A stretch of 64,000 nt of DNA from positions 62,001 to 126,000 of the forward strand of contig NIVC01001066.1 of NCBI GenBank assembly GCA_002269645.1. Direction: 5' to 3'. Under the pieces are notes generated by a model that was given only the letters and a program-made list of their open reading frames with translations, had not been told where the DNA came from and searched no databases. The position numbers and the translations under genes were made by a program. This document shows, piece by piece, positions 22,901 to 35,889 of the stretch (the first letter of the stretch is position 1; the number at the start of each line of letters is the position of its first letter). Origin of the DNA: Macrostomum lignano (Eukaryota).

Positions 22901-25900
22901 GGCAGCCCAGTGGAGAGAATGGCAGCCCAGTGGAGAGAATGGCAGCCCAGCTGAGAGAATGGCAACTCAGTGGAGAGAATGGCAGCCCAGTGGAGAGAAT
23001 GGCAGCCCAGCTGAGAGAATGGCAACTCAGTGGAGTGAATGGCAGCCCAGTGGAGAGAATGGCAGCCCAGTGGAGAGAATGGCAGCCCAGCTGAGATAAT
23101 GGCAACTCAGTGTAAAGAATGGCAACTCAGTGGAGTGAATGGCAGCCCAGTGGAGAGAATGGCAGCCCAGCTGAGATAGTGGCAACTCAGTGGAGAGAAT
23201 GGCAGCCCAGCTGAGAGAATGGCAGCCCAGCTGAGAGAATGGCAACTCAGTGGAGAGAATGGCAGCCCTAAAAATAGAATGACAGCCCTGAGAAAAGAAT
23301 AACAGCCCAGCGAAGAGAATGGCAGCCCAAATAAGGATACTGTTAGCCCAACGTACAGCCAGACCCAGCATTGCTCTCACCTGGAATTGGGCAAAATGCG
23401 AAGACAGAGCGCCGGCCACAACAAGCGTGAGCTCCACCGGCACAGGAAAGCGGCACCGCTTGGCCAGCCGTGGATTGATGAACAGCCTGAACAGCAGCAG
23501 CACGCCGATGCACAGCGCGGAGATCACCATGCTGGCTGCGTTGGCGCCGCCGATGCGTTTGAACACGTCGGCATAGGTGAGGGCCAGCTTGAAGAAGCCG
23601 CTGTGCCGGGGCACCTTGATGCCCAGCACGGATGGCACCTGGAAGATAAGGTTTTTTATTGAGGTGTCTGGCCTTTTGAGTGCTCTTGCACTTTTTTAGT
23701 TGTTTTTGCGTGCGCCCTAGGCGGCCATCCCCAGACCAGTTCTGGCTGGTTGGGGGGGGGCGCTCGTCCCGGCTTAAGTCTTTCCCCGCGGCGGCCACTG
23801 ATTGGCTGGGCTTGTGTTTTTGTGTTTTTCTTTTCTGGCCCCCAGTCAATCAGATCTGCTCGGCGGGCACGCTGATTGGTTGAGGGGTCGTTTCTTTTGT
23901 TTGGCGTCTCTCTCTCTCACGCTGTCTGCCCCTCTACTCTGTTAAGTGGTATATAGTGCTCAAGCCTGGCCCAGCCAGCTCCCCGCTCTCCGCTCCGCGC
24001 CCCACGCCTAGCTCTCCAAACTAAACCAGCGATACTCAGGCGAGCCGTGTCTATACGGTCTCTTACTACGAAGATTCAATTAATTGCGAGCAAATAAAGC
24101 GGTCAGGTGGTAGAGATATTCGAACGAGCCTCACAGCTTCTGGCACCGGTAAGACCCCCGAGTTGATTCGCTTCTTTAGCTTTTCCGAGGCCTTACCGTA
24201 GCAGTGGTTCCATAGCTAGAGCGTCATCACGCCTGCGACTGTGACCACTGCGGCACAGCAGCGGATTGTGTATTATTGTAGTACTGTACCGGTTACTTTA
24301 TATAGTGTGTACAACCTACAGTATCGAAACTAGAAGCACTCGATATCACAACACCAGAGGGATCGAACTATTATCGCAGAGCGTCGTCACGCCTGCTCGC
24401 ATCCATACAAGTACAGACAGAGCGTCACTACGCCAATACTGTACACAGGCACGCACCCGCTCACACAGGGTGTACAGCAGCCCTTTGACTTTCTAATCGT
24501 CAGGCATGTGCACTCTCTGTGTCACGGGTACAAGTTGTAAAGAAGTCGTGAAAGAGTCGCCTAAGAGTCAATTTGAGGCGTTTTATTGTCTGCGACCGTA
24601 GGGTCGTATCTGAGGCGTGCCAGAGTCGCTGCAGAATCACTGAGCTGCATCTAAAGCGCATCTGCATCATTTTAAGAATTAGAATCGCATTTCACATTTA
24701 TATAGCAACTCTATTTAGTCTACTTGAGTTAGTAGATAGTTAAGCGCTAACACAGCGATACTTAGACGACTTTTTCACTACTCTTTTACGATTCTGCAAC
24801 TCATGTGATGCGTTCGTGACTCAATTAACAGCCGCCTCTTGGTCCAATTAAAGTTGTTTGAGTCGTTGAAAATCCACAAGAGAGCCCAGAGTCGCTAGTG
24901 AGTTGTTCCTGTCCCGGTAGCTTTTACAACGGGAGGTTTCGCGGCAGAGAGAGCCCACCGAGCCACTCTGACCCACAGATACTAAAATAACTAGATGCAT
25001 GGGCCACTCAGGCATATATACTTTAAAAAAAGCTTTCTACTTACAGTTCAGTAGCAAAGGAGAATACATAAGCTATTTTATAAAAATAAAGGCAGCTGAA
25101 ATGACTTTGATAAGTTTAGAAGCCCCAAGCTTGCAGGCATAAGCAACTTGCCAATTGGTTCAGCCATAATGTACATTGGCCAGTCCACTGAAATGTACAT
25201 GGCAGCTTTAGGCTGGAATTCCGAGAAAGGCAATAAAAATTGAGGCGGGGCGGGTCGTGTGGAAAGGAGCTGGTTGGAGTGTTTAGGCTGGGGGTAAGAG
25301 CCAATAAATGAGCCTTGGCTTAAAAAATTATTTTAAATTAAAATGCTTCTTTTTATCTTACTACTGAACTGAAAGTAGCTTACACGCAAATGTGCTGAGT
25401 GGCCCATCTAGTTATTTTAGTATCTGTGCTCTGGACCCAAAGCAAATGTAAAAATAACTCCAATTGCCAACCAACCTGCGAGGTGAGCACGTGAAACGCT
25501 GCACCAGTGGTGAATCCGCTAACCAGAGGCGTGCTCAAATAAGTAGTGATGAAGCCGAATCGAAGCAGCCCAAGGCCCAGCTGGATGAGCCCAGCCAGCA
25601 GGCTGACGCTGAGCGCCACCTCGGTGCGGTAGGCGGCAGCGTCTGTCGCCTCGGTAATCAGCGTCCCGTTGATGCTGTCGCCCGTCTCGTTGCTGACCAA
25701 CGCGGCCAGTGTTGTCGAGGACGGCGGCGACGGAGCGGTCCCCTGGCTGGCGAGGCGAGTGACCGGGACGGCCACCATGAGGCTGGAGATGGCGAAGGTG
25801 CCCATGCTCACCTGCGTGTGAACGCGAATGATCTTTCGTAAAATTTAATAGGCCCTTTAACTCTGACGTCATTTAAGCTCGTGAGCTGGTTTTTTTCCGT

Positions 25901-27899
25901 TAGGGAATTCTTAGGTGTCATTCGGCTTAGCAAAATAAATAGATTATTAACGCCGCAGGTGAGAGTCTAGCGCCAATTTAGCGCTACAGGTGAGAGTCTA
26001 GTGCCAATTTAGCGCCACAGGTGAGAGTCTAGCGCCAATTTAGCGCCACAGGTGAGAGTCTAGCGCCAATTTAGCGCCACAGGTGAGAGTCTAGCGCCAA
26101 TTTGGCGCCACAGTTGAGATTTTAGCACCGAAGATGAGATTCTAGCACCAATTTAGCGCCACAGGTGAGATTTTAGCACCGAAGATGAGATTCTAGCACC
26201 AATTTAGCGCCACAGGTGAGAGTCTAGCGCCAATTTAGCGCCGCAGGTGAGAGTCTAGCGCTAATTTAGCGCCGCAGGGGAGTCTTAAACGCCAATTTAA
26301 AAGATTTTTCAAGAAACATGACACTCCATTTCCACTAGGGGAGGGGGTAGCCGACACGGCATTATGTTTTGGCATCCGTTTGAAAAATCTTGATGAAAGA
26401 ATTTATGTTTGCATTGCAGGCCCAATGACAGTTTCGCCAGTTTCGCCAGTGCTTTGCAGAAATAAAGCTTTGCACAGAGACAAATAAAGGTCATAGACAG
26501 AATCTTTTACAGCATCATAAACAGGACGCAAAAAAACATAACTTACAAACAGCCATTAGCGAACTGGGATTCATCAAGTTTAGGTCTTGTGAAGTTTAGG
26601 TGAAGTGAAGTTGAGGTCTTGTGAAGTTTAGGTGAAGTGAAATTGAGGTCTTGTGAAGTTCAGGTATTTTGAAGTTGAGGTATTGTGAAGTTCAGGTATT
26701 TTGAAGTTGAGGTCTTGTGAAGTTTAGGTGAAGTGAAGTTGAGGTCTTGTGAAGTTCAGGTATTTTGAAGTTGAGGTCTTGTGAAGTTCAGGTATTTTGA
26801 AGTTGAGGTCTTGTGAAGTTCAGGTATTTTGAAGTTGAGGTCTTGTGAAGTTCAGGTATTTTGAAGTTGAGGCCTTGTGAAGTTCAGGTATTTTGAAGTT
26901 GAGGTCTTGTGAAGTTCAGGTATTTTGAAGTTGAGGTCTTGTGAAGTTCAGGTATTTTGAAGTTGAGGCCTTGTGAAGTTCAGGTATTTTGAAGTTGAGG
27001 TCTTGTTAAGTTCAGGTATTTTGAAGTTGAGGCCTTGTGAAGTTCAGGTATTTTGAAGTTGAGGTCTTGTGAAGTTCAGGTATTTTGAAGTTGAGGTCTT
27101 TTGAAGTTTAGGTGAAGTGAAGTTTAGGTGAAGTGAAGTTGACGTCTTGTGAAGTTCCGGTCTTGTGAAGTTCAGGTCTTGTGAAGCTTAGGTAAAGTGA
27201 AGTTGAGGTCTTGTGACGCTTAGGTGAAGTGAAGTTGAGGTGAAATAAAGCTCAGCCATTGGGCTTTGCAACCCGCCCCTCCCAGGAACTCACCTGACGC
27301 GAAGTGCCGAACAAAAAGTACAGCAGCAGCGGATAGAATCCCAGGTAGAGGCCGCACACTGGCGGCAAGTCAGCCAGCATAGCGTAGGCCATGCCCTGCG
27401 GTATGTTCATGATGCCAACAGTCAGGCCAGCTATGATATCCGCCACCAGGTCCTTCTTCAGCTTGTAGTGTCGCATGATTGTCACGCAGGGCAGCAGGCG
27501 GAGCAGGCAGTTCAGCAGGCATCGGCCAGTCGGCTTGTGACAGGCGGCTGCGCCGAAACGTTCGGCTACGCTGCGCGCCTCGCCGCCGAATCCGCTGGGC
27601 GCCTTCGGCCGGGTGAAATGGTAGCGGGCGTCGAAGCCGGCCTGGGAGAAAATTGGCCGACTGACGTGCACCCGTTTGCTGGTGACGGAGTGACGGTGCG
27701 GCCTGCACCGATGGATATGCGGCGGTGGCGGCGGCGATGTCTGCTTGGCCTGCTGCGCCTCATGGTCATCGCCGTCGACTTGGGCGACATCGTCGGCGGC
27801 GTCAGCTTTGGCGAATGCAGTCTCGTCCTCCTCGGCTATGCCAGCGTGGTTGCTATCCAGGCGTCTGAGCCTTGCGCTGGCCGAGCGTTCTTTGGGCAT
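19907..27899 (-). CDS. SLC26 family anion transporter (prestin/SLC26A5-like; sulfate-transporter domain plus STAS), ~873 aa, 6 exons
   Basis: Exons 27899-27294, 25811-25476, 23638-23381, 22245-21973, 21498-21109, 20665-19907, all phase 0. Motifs: '[23 protein letters not shown]', '[12 protein letters not shown]', '[11 protein letters not shown]', 'SLSRS', 'RTQSP' and STAS '[20 protein letters not shown]', '[15 protein letters not shown]'. An alternative in-frame ATG lies at 27932. Confidence 0.95.
21530..21780. repeat. 24-bp minisatellite (ctgtttgcttgtggggattctgaa), SLC26 intron 4
   Basis: Visible tandem array. Confidence 0.9.
22300..23330. repeat. 20-bp minisatellite (ggcagcccagctgagagaat), SLC26 intron 3
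   Basis: Visible tandem array with variant units. Confidence 0.95.
24974..25428. mobile_element. hAT-type MITE, copy 2 (SLC26 intron 2)
   Basis: TIR 'cacagatactaaaataactagatg' ... 'catctagttattttagtatctgtg'. Flanks ctctgacc / ctctggac form a degenerate 8-bp TSD. The interior is the reverse complement of the copy at 7796-8249. Confidence 0.85.
25952..26280. repeat. 31-bp minisatellite (aggtgagagtctagcgccaatttagcgccac), SLC26 intron 1
   Basis: Visible tandem array. Confidence 0.9.
26575..27241. repeat. 32-bp minisatellite (tgaagttgaggtcttgtgaagttcaggtattt), SLC26 intron 1
   Basis: Visible tandem array. Confidence 0.9.
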
Positions 27900-28139
27900 G
27901 CCGTGTGTGGCCGGTGCTGCAATGCAATGCACAAGCTAAGTTAATAGCTTGTAAATCTGTCATAAGTTATATGCCATGATAAGAGCGAGCCAAATTCTAT
28001 ATCGCACAATTATAGATTAAAATATTGCGTAATAAACTAACGCGTTGGGGCGTTATTGTTTTTCAATAACCTATTTTTGGCCCAAAGTATGTTTGAAGTC
28101 CGGCCTAAGCCATGATGGATACATAGGAAAAATTGGACA

Positions 28140-28950
28140 ATTCCTGACACCTAGTTGGGCCACTTCTGACACCTAATTTGGCAACTACTGACACTAGTTG
28201 GGCAGTTTCTGATACCTACTTAAGCCACTCCTGACACCTACTCGGGCCACTCCTGATACCTACTCGGGCCACTCCTGACACCTACTCGGGCCACTCCTGA
28301 TACCTACTCGGGCCACTCCTGATACCTACTCGGGCCACTCCTGATACCTACTCGGGCCACTCCTGACACCTACTCGGGCCACTCCTGATACCTACTCGGG
28401 CCACTCCTGATACCTACTCGGGCCACTCCTGACACTTACTCGGGCCACTCCTGATACCTACTCGGGCCACTCCTGACACCTACTCGGGCCACTCCTGACA
28501 CCAAGTTGGGCCACTCCTGACACCTAGTTGGGCTACTCCTGACACCTAGTTGGGCTACTCCTGACACCTAGTTGGGCCACTCCTGACACCTAGTTGGGCC
28601 ACTCCTGACACCTAGTTGGGCCACTCCTGACACCTAGTTGGTCCACTCCTGACAACTATTTTGGCCACTCCTGACACCTAGTTGGTCCACTCCTGACACC
28701 TATTTTGGCCACTCCTGACACCTAGTTGGTCGACTCCTGACACCTAGTTGGGCCACTCCTGACACCTACTCGGGCCACTCCTGACACCTACTCGGGCCAT
28801 TCCTGACACCTACTCGGGCCACTCCTGACAACTATTTTGGCCACTTCTGACACCTAGTTGGTCCACTCCTGACACCTATTTTGGCCACTCCTGACACCTA
28901 GTTGGGCCACTCCTGACACCTAGTTGGTCCACTCCTGACCCCTACTTAGG
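28140..28950. repeat. 22-bp minisatellite (tcctgacacctactcgggccac)
   Basis: Visible tandem array; a related array lies at 32570-32880. Confidence 0.95.
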
Positions 28951-31900
28951 CCGGCCGCAATTTTGCACCCGGGCTTTACAATAATGAGTTCTAATCAAGG
29001 CACGAGCTGAACTCATTTAAAAATCATATAGGGCTGTGTGACCCTCTATATTCTGTATAGATCAGATATAGGACCGAACAAGTTTAAAAGAAACGAAAAA
29101 ATCAAACTTACTGGAAATAAGTTTCTGGACAATTTGCGGGAGAATCAGCTGTTAAAATTATTCTGACCTCGGTAAAAACTGCGAGTACTAAAGAGTTTAA
29201 CACCAATTTATGCTTTTAAGAAACTTAATTAAGCACTTAACGCACTTGAATAGTTCTAGGAAGCACCCCAATAAAATGTTTTAAACAGCTAAGTGGGCAG
29301 TCCAGCGGAGAGACGAAAGTAGATTTAACATTGCCTGTCAATATTCGCTTAGTTGCTATGCGGTTCAATTAATTTCACAGCGGAAATGGCCACTGCGCAA
29401 ATTTTATCTATAAATTGTTAACAGCCTGGGGGTTGGGCCAATGAATAATCTTCTCTGTCCCGTAAAATTTTCCAACCACCAGGACTAACCAAAGCCGTTT
29501 GGGTGATAAACTAGTGAATGACTGACAAAAAAAACTCACAGCAGGTATATTACCCCATGTACTGGGCAGTGGCAAGCTTGCTCTCTATCTACTGCTGCCA
29601 ATTTCAGTCTGTCTATTTGCCTGAAAAGAAATTCTGATGTAATTTGCTGCGAACTGTGTGCTAAATTGAAATTATTTACACTGTATTGCAGTAACTTTAT
29701 GCATAGAAAACGTTATTAGGCTTCAAAGCATTTTATAGCTTTAGTTTTATTTCACCAGTAATATATCATTTTCTAGCCAATGTGTATCAGAATTTGAAAA
29801 TCTATTTTAATGGCCACTTTATCATTGGGTCTAAAATTAGTTTGAAATCAGGGGCTAGATTAAAAGCCAGATCTGACTTTATAGATTTTACCTATAGAGT
29901 GGAGTTTGGTGACCCTAACTTTTACCTGATTTTACCAGATATGACCTGCCTTTAGTGTTATCATTATCATTATTAATATCAATATTTTAATTTTATTACA
30001 CAGTAGACAAAGTTAATTACTAGCAAAGACAAAAATTGCAGAATTTATTCTTGAAAGTTAAAATAATATTTTTATAAATTATTTATTTGTTTATAAAAGC
30101 TTACACTACAGGTTCTGTATAGATTTTAAATGCATTTGTTTGTTGCATTTAATAGAATAAATAAATATTTATCTAAATCACGATCTAAATCAATCTATTT
30201 TCTTGTCATTTTATATCATTATATCTATGGTATAATTGTATAAACAATGGTTTTTATAAAAAATAATATATTATAACGTGACTTTTAATTTTTTAAATTG
30301 TTATTCCTTAACAATAAAATGTGCTCAAATCCAGATAAAATATGTTGATATACACAATCACTATATTGGAAAACTACAGCAATACATGGCCATGGTCATA
30401 ATAAGTTAATAACCCATAGATAAATTAATGTATAAATTATCTTTTCTTTTCGAAAGTGTTTTCACAGTGAGAAAAGCTATTTTCAGTATACATCTTATAA
30501 TAGGCCTCACCAAGGTCCCTAAATGTTTCAATACAAAAAATATCTGCAAATTTTGCTTCAGGTATGTCGATCATCTTTGTTTTTGCAAGGGGTTGAACCA
30601 AAACTGTAAAAAGTACTAGTACATATCATCCTTATGTTTAACAAAATTCAGATTGCTTTTGTCTGATTATAGCGGGGTCAATCGATTGAGAGACTACTCT
30701 AAATTGATATATCTATGGGAAATACTAAAATAGAAAAAAGTGGAGAAGTACTGTAGCTACTGCAGAACGATCACTCGAGAACGACAATTCAATGGATTTA
30801 AATGTTTAAAATCTTGGAAGTTTGTCTTTTTAAATTTGAGCAAGTTTTTATTATTTTTTTATTATCGCAGGCCTTTGTATGAAAGGTTAGTAAAATATTC
30901 TGTTATGAAATTTAATAAATACATTTTTAACTAATCTGGTAAACGCAGAGAGACTTATTATGCAACGAAGATAAACAATGTTTGTTTTTTCATTGTATCT
31001 TTAAGTTCAAATTAATATTATTTCCGAGCTTTAAGTACATTATGATATAATATTATTATTCATTATAAACTGGTATATTGTTGTTTGGATACACTTATTT
31101 TGCTTTGGACAACTTCTGTGTGTGTATGTGTAAAGCGCTATAGCTCGTAACATTCATGTACATTTTGAATTCTTGGCTTTGTCCCCAACCATAAAATTCA
31201 TGCATGCATGGCGACGCCCCTGCTAATATATATTAAGCCCAACCAATTGGGTAATGATCGTTTCAGAAAAGTTAATTCGTACCTACGAGTAGTACATGTA
31301 CATTTATATACTCATGAGTATGTCAATCTGCCACAGATACAAATGCGTCATCATCAACATGTCAAGCAAATTATTAAAATTGAAGAGGAAATAAGCCACT
31401 GCTGTTTACTACACTGATGATATTACTCATCTCATTCATTAGATCTAATTAAATGAGGCATTGTGCCATTAGAGAATTCTCTTATAAAACGAAAGTAACC
31501 TATATTTACCTCATAATTAAATCGTACCAATACTACTGGTGAGTATTATTGAGTGCTTGCTGCAAAGTGTTATTGCTCCATCTTTGCCACGAACTTTACT
31601 GTAGCAAGTTAAAGTTCAATTAGTGCTACTATTGGTCCTAAGAGCTCTCTAAATTTATATGTTGATTGAGACTCCTAGTTGCCCATGATACTCGCAGGGA
31701 CTACTTAAACTTAAAGTGGATACTCGTAGTAGCAGTACAACGATGGAAATTGCGCGTTAATTTCATGGCCCCTGTGGGACTCAAGCAGCTGTAATAAATT
31801 TGAGTCCTACAGCTAATTGGGTGTAGATTCGGTAAATTGAGGCAGACCGCTACCAGCGCTGTCACCTACTGGAGTTGCGGCAATGATCTCAAACTGACCA

Positions 31901-32569
31901 GACGCCGAAAAACATTCGTTTCAAATCGGTGCACAAACCAATGCAGCGTAACAAATCGACAAATCTTGAAATCTCCGTTTCTTAGAATTTGAACTTGCAA
32001 TGAAATGAATTGAAATCGGTATATGGTAGGTATTATTGAATTTGAATAGCATCTTTTCAATGTCACTAGGGTGAATCAATTGCAATATTCAAAGAACTGC
32101 TTATTGAAAAATTTTAAGAAAGGGCCGCTTTATTTACTGGTAGAAAAAGAAGAAGACCTCTCCCTTTGGCAAAGCAGAAAGAAGCTCGCAGACATGAAGG
32201 CAAGCAGCGAGAAACGCCCTGAGGGCAGAGATGCCAGTCCAAGTCCCAATTTTCTGCGTTCGCCGAACGAACCACTGACTGAAGCCGCGGCTCCGCAGTC
32301 GACCGAATCACGCGATGTCCTTTTTTGAATGAACTTTTTTCGTCTTCTACAAGAAAATGGAAGATGGAAAAACAGAACTAGACACGCCTAACTAGAGATG
32401 AGGTCAAGTCTGTGGGATAACATATACGTCAATACAGCATTTCTTGGCTTCGAAGTTTTCAAGATGAACAGCGGTATCTTGTAATCAAAATCTGTCTATG
32501 GCTAAAAACTGTTTTGATGGGAACAGAGTGTCAATGAAGGTCGGGACCTCAGGTCTACCATAGTTAAGC

Positions 32570-32880
32570 TCTTGTCCTGACACCAACCCGTGGCACTCCT
32601 GACATCTGCGTGTACTTGAGCTACTCCTGACACCTACTCGGGTCACTCCTGATACCTACTCGTTCTACTTCTGAAACCTACTCGGGCCACTCCTGACATC
32701 TACTTAAGCCACTCCTGACACCTACTTGGACCACTCCTGACATCTACGAGTACTTGGGCCACTCCTGACACCTACTTAAGCCACTCCTGACACCTACTTG
32801 GACCACTCCTGACACCTACTTGGACCACTCCAGACATCTATTTAAGCCACTCCTGACACCTACTTGGACCACTCCTGACC
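32570..32880. repeat. 22-bp minisatellite, same family as 28140-28950
   Basis: 'actcctgacacctacttggacc' units, same orientation. Confidence 0.85.
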
Positions 32881-33629
32881 CACAGTCGGGGAGCTATGAG
32901 AATTTTCAGGAAAAAAATAAATCTTCCTCAGACAGCTTTCCCGACGTATTTTTTGCTTTGCCGTCGCCAACTGAGCTAAACTTCACCCATCGAACCCGGA
33001 GTCGAAGTGAAAAAGTGGGGAGAACCCGGGCTGATTGGGGAGGAGGGGGAGAGGAAAAGAGTCAGAACGTGATCCCATGACGGCCGAATTAATTTTCTTT
33101 CCTTCCCCCATTTACCAAACCACTCGCCGCCATGGCTACCGTCCCGGAGACCCCCAGGGGGGATGGTGATGCCGGTAGGACGGCACTTTCTTTCGGCGCT
33201 TTCCCATAGTAGAGAGAGAGAGAGAGAGAGGGCCTTGACTACCCGCTCTTAACTTTTCCCTACTCGAATTTTTTACTTCGCGGGTATCTTGCGGAAGAAG
33301 CCAAGAAGCGCGTGCGCGTCCGAGTCTCTCTTTCGCGCTAATCAGGTCAATCGTCCCTGGGGGATGGCCGTAGTCAACGATATCCCCTGCCTAAGCTTGA
33401 TCGGATAAGGTCGTTCGCTCAACTCGGATTCAATCGTGTTTAAACGACAGCGGCCGTGTTTTATTATGGTTTGAAAAATTTGATTTTGTGTAATGTTAAT
33501 TTCACTAGTGGAAGTCTAACTTTAGCCTGCCGTAAAATTGGATTGCTGGAAATTCTGACAACTAAATCGGAATTTTCTAGGAAATACGAACAGCACGTTG
33601 CTCATAATTTTGACACAGGAATTACAACT

Positions 33630-33880
33630 TTCCAGGAAATTAGCGCCCTAAAGTCCTGTCCAAGAAAATCCAACTTGCTATGAAATTGGTATCTCAGAGT
33701 CCTGGCAAATAAAATCCAACTTTCCAAGAAATTGGTATCTCAGAGTCCTGGCAGATAAAATCCTACTTTGCAGGAAATTGGTGTCTCAGAGTCCTGACCC
33801 AGAAAATCCAACTTTCTAGGAAATTGGTGTCTCAGAGTCCTGACCAAGAAACTCTGACACAAAAACTTGAATTTTCCAGG
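33630..33880. repeat. 46-bp low-copy tandem repeat (aaaatccaactttccaggaaattggtatctcagagtcctg...)
   Basis: 'aaaatc' recurs at 33665, 33711, 33757 and 33803. Confidence 0.8.
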
Positions 33881-34869
33881 AAATAAGTTGCTCAGTGCTA
33901 ATTTTGTTATATTCGACTGGTGAGAACTTTCAATTTGGCATCACAGAAACATCAGCTATAAATAAAATACTATAAATTAGTTTGTAACTAAGGCCTGACG
34001 ATGCTTTTTTAGGCAAGAGCGGCTTCTCGATTTGCCGAAAGAATGACCAAAGCCTTTGGCAGGGGGTTACCAAGACCAGTGAAAAGCTGGATTCGAACAA
34101 GGAAAACCACTTTGCCCCTGCAAATCAGTGCACTAGGAGACAAAAGCTAGAAGTGAAAACATTGCCAAAAAGACGGTTAGCTAAGGTGGCGACGGTCGCT
34201 TCACGGAGACCTAAGAAGGCTCGAGAGGGGTTTCGGGTCAAAGAAACGGAAGCAAAGCAATTTATGCAGCCTCTCTCCATCATCATCAGTAGCAGCAACA
34301 TCATCATCATCATCAACGCCATCGAGTCTGTCTAGTGAGTGATTGCGTCCTAGCTGGGAGCGAAGTCAACTGGGATTTGGTGATCAGTCCGCCCATCCCC
34401 CTTGTTTTAGTTCCCTCTCTGTCTCTCTCTTTCTTCCCCTTCTCCCCTCTCCCCCAAGTTCCGAGACCTTGCTGCACAGCCGTCCCAGCTGACGCGAGGC
34501 GGTGGGGTGCGGCCGCAGCGCAATTAGCGACAAGAATTATCCTTCGCAGAACCGACGAGGGTCAAAGGCGCTCCAAGGGACTAAACGGACTTGGTTTAAA
34601 AAAAACATAAGATAAGAATTTTACCAAAGCAATTTACTAATTCCTGGTTAATTAAGGTTTCTTTATCTTTTTTTAAGTCAGAACACCTGAATGTTAACTC
34701 AGATGTCTGGTATGGTTATAGCAGCAGAGAGCAGCTCTGCCGTTAGCGCGTCAGGATGCCCAGGTTCGATTTCGTGCGGGACCAAATTCATTTGGGGCCT
34801 GTCGTACACAGTAATCGCACAGAGAGTGTACATGCCTAGTCTTTTACTTAGTCTTCTTAGTCTACTGAA

Positions 34870-35160
34870 GCTAAACTAAACTGAAATAAACTAAACTAAA
34901 CTAAACTAAACTGAACTGAACTAAACTAAACTAAACCAAACTATACTAAACTAAACCAAACTAAACTAAACTGAACTGAACTAAACTAAACTAAACCAAA
35001 CTATACTAAACTAAACCAAACTATACTAAACTAAACTAAACTAAACTAAACTAAACTAAACTAAACTAAACTAAACTAAACTAAACTAAACTAAACTACA
35101 CAAAGCTAAACTAAACTAAATTAAAATTTTATACTATACCTACTATACTATACTAAACTA
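34870..35160. repeat. (CTAAA)n pentanucleotide microsatellite
   Basis: Directly visible. Confidence 0.95.
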
Positions 35161-35889
35161 AGCTTAGCTTAACCTACATTCAAGTCTAGACAGACGGCCG
35201 AATTTATTTTCAACTGCACCTCCCCGCTACTCGAGCTCTCGAACTGCGATGCACAATACAAGGGTTCGAACATAAGACCTCAATCAGCTCCCGTATCGAA
35301 GCTAAAGCGAGGTCAGTTCCGAAACCAATCCAACTAACCCGACCTCGGCAACAATTGATCAGCCAACTCCCCCCAACCCCAGCTTACTAATCGAGTTGGC
35401 TATCGATCTGGGCAAGCAGACAGTTCAGCCCCGACAGCTAATGAAGTCCCGGCTGCTGGCTGGCACAGAAAATCCATGTAGCTAACTGTCGTTTGAGGCG
35501 GCCTACTCTCGGTCTCGACTTGAGTCTATTTTAGCCGGAAGTGAGAGGGAGAGAGGCTGTTAGTAAAAGCGGATCAGCTCGGATGCAACAGAGTTCGATG
35601 CGGTACAGCTAATCCTAGTCCTAGCCCTAACCCTAGTCCTTAAACCTGGGGCCCCATCTGGCATTCGGGATTGCGACACTCTGCTCTTGGGTGCGCGTTT
35701 GCTGCGGTGCTCAGTTGCGAGGATTTTTCCGAAACTAAAGCCAAAGAAAAAAAAGATTTTTTAGGCAGCTAAATGGCAAGCAGTGCAGTTATAACCAATG
35801 AGAGGAAGCACTTTTAGGGACGGATCAGAGTGACGGTTTGGGGCGGATCAGAGTCCGCTTCTTTGAGACTAATTTGACCGGAAAAACTG

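Noticed and set aside
23880-24160. Solo-LTR-like segment (TG...CA, tatata, aataaa, tggcacc)
   Set aside because: No TSD, the PBS is not adjacent to CA, and there is no second copy.
33984-34060. Second hammerhead-like motif (ctgacga ... ggcaa/ttgcc gaaa)
   Set aside because: About 10 unpaired nt lie between the core and stem II, and there is no valid stem I/III or NUH cleavage triplet.
34720-34790. B-box-like ggttcgattt, possible SINE or tRNA head
   Set aside because: No clear A box or cloverleaf, and no second copy in the window.
35610-35645. Telomere-like ccctaa remnants
   Set aside because: Only one perfect unit among a few degenerate ones.
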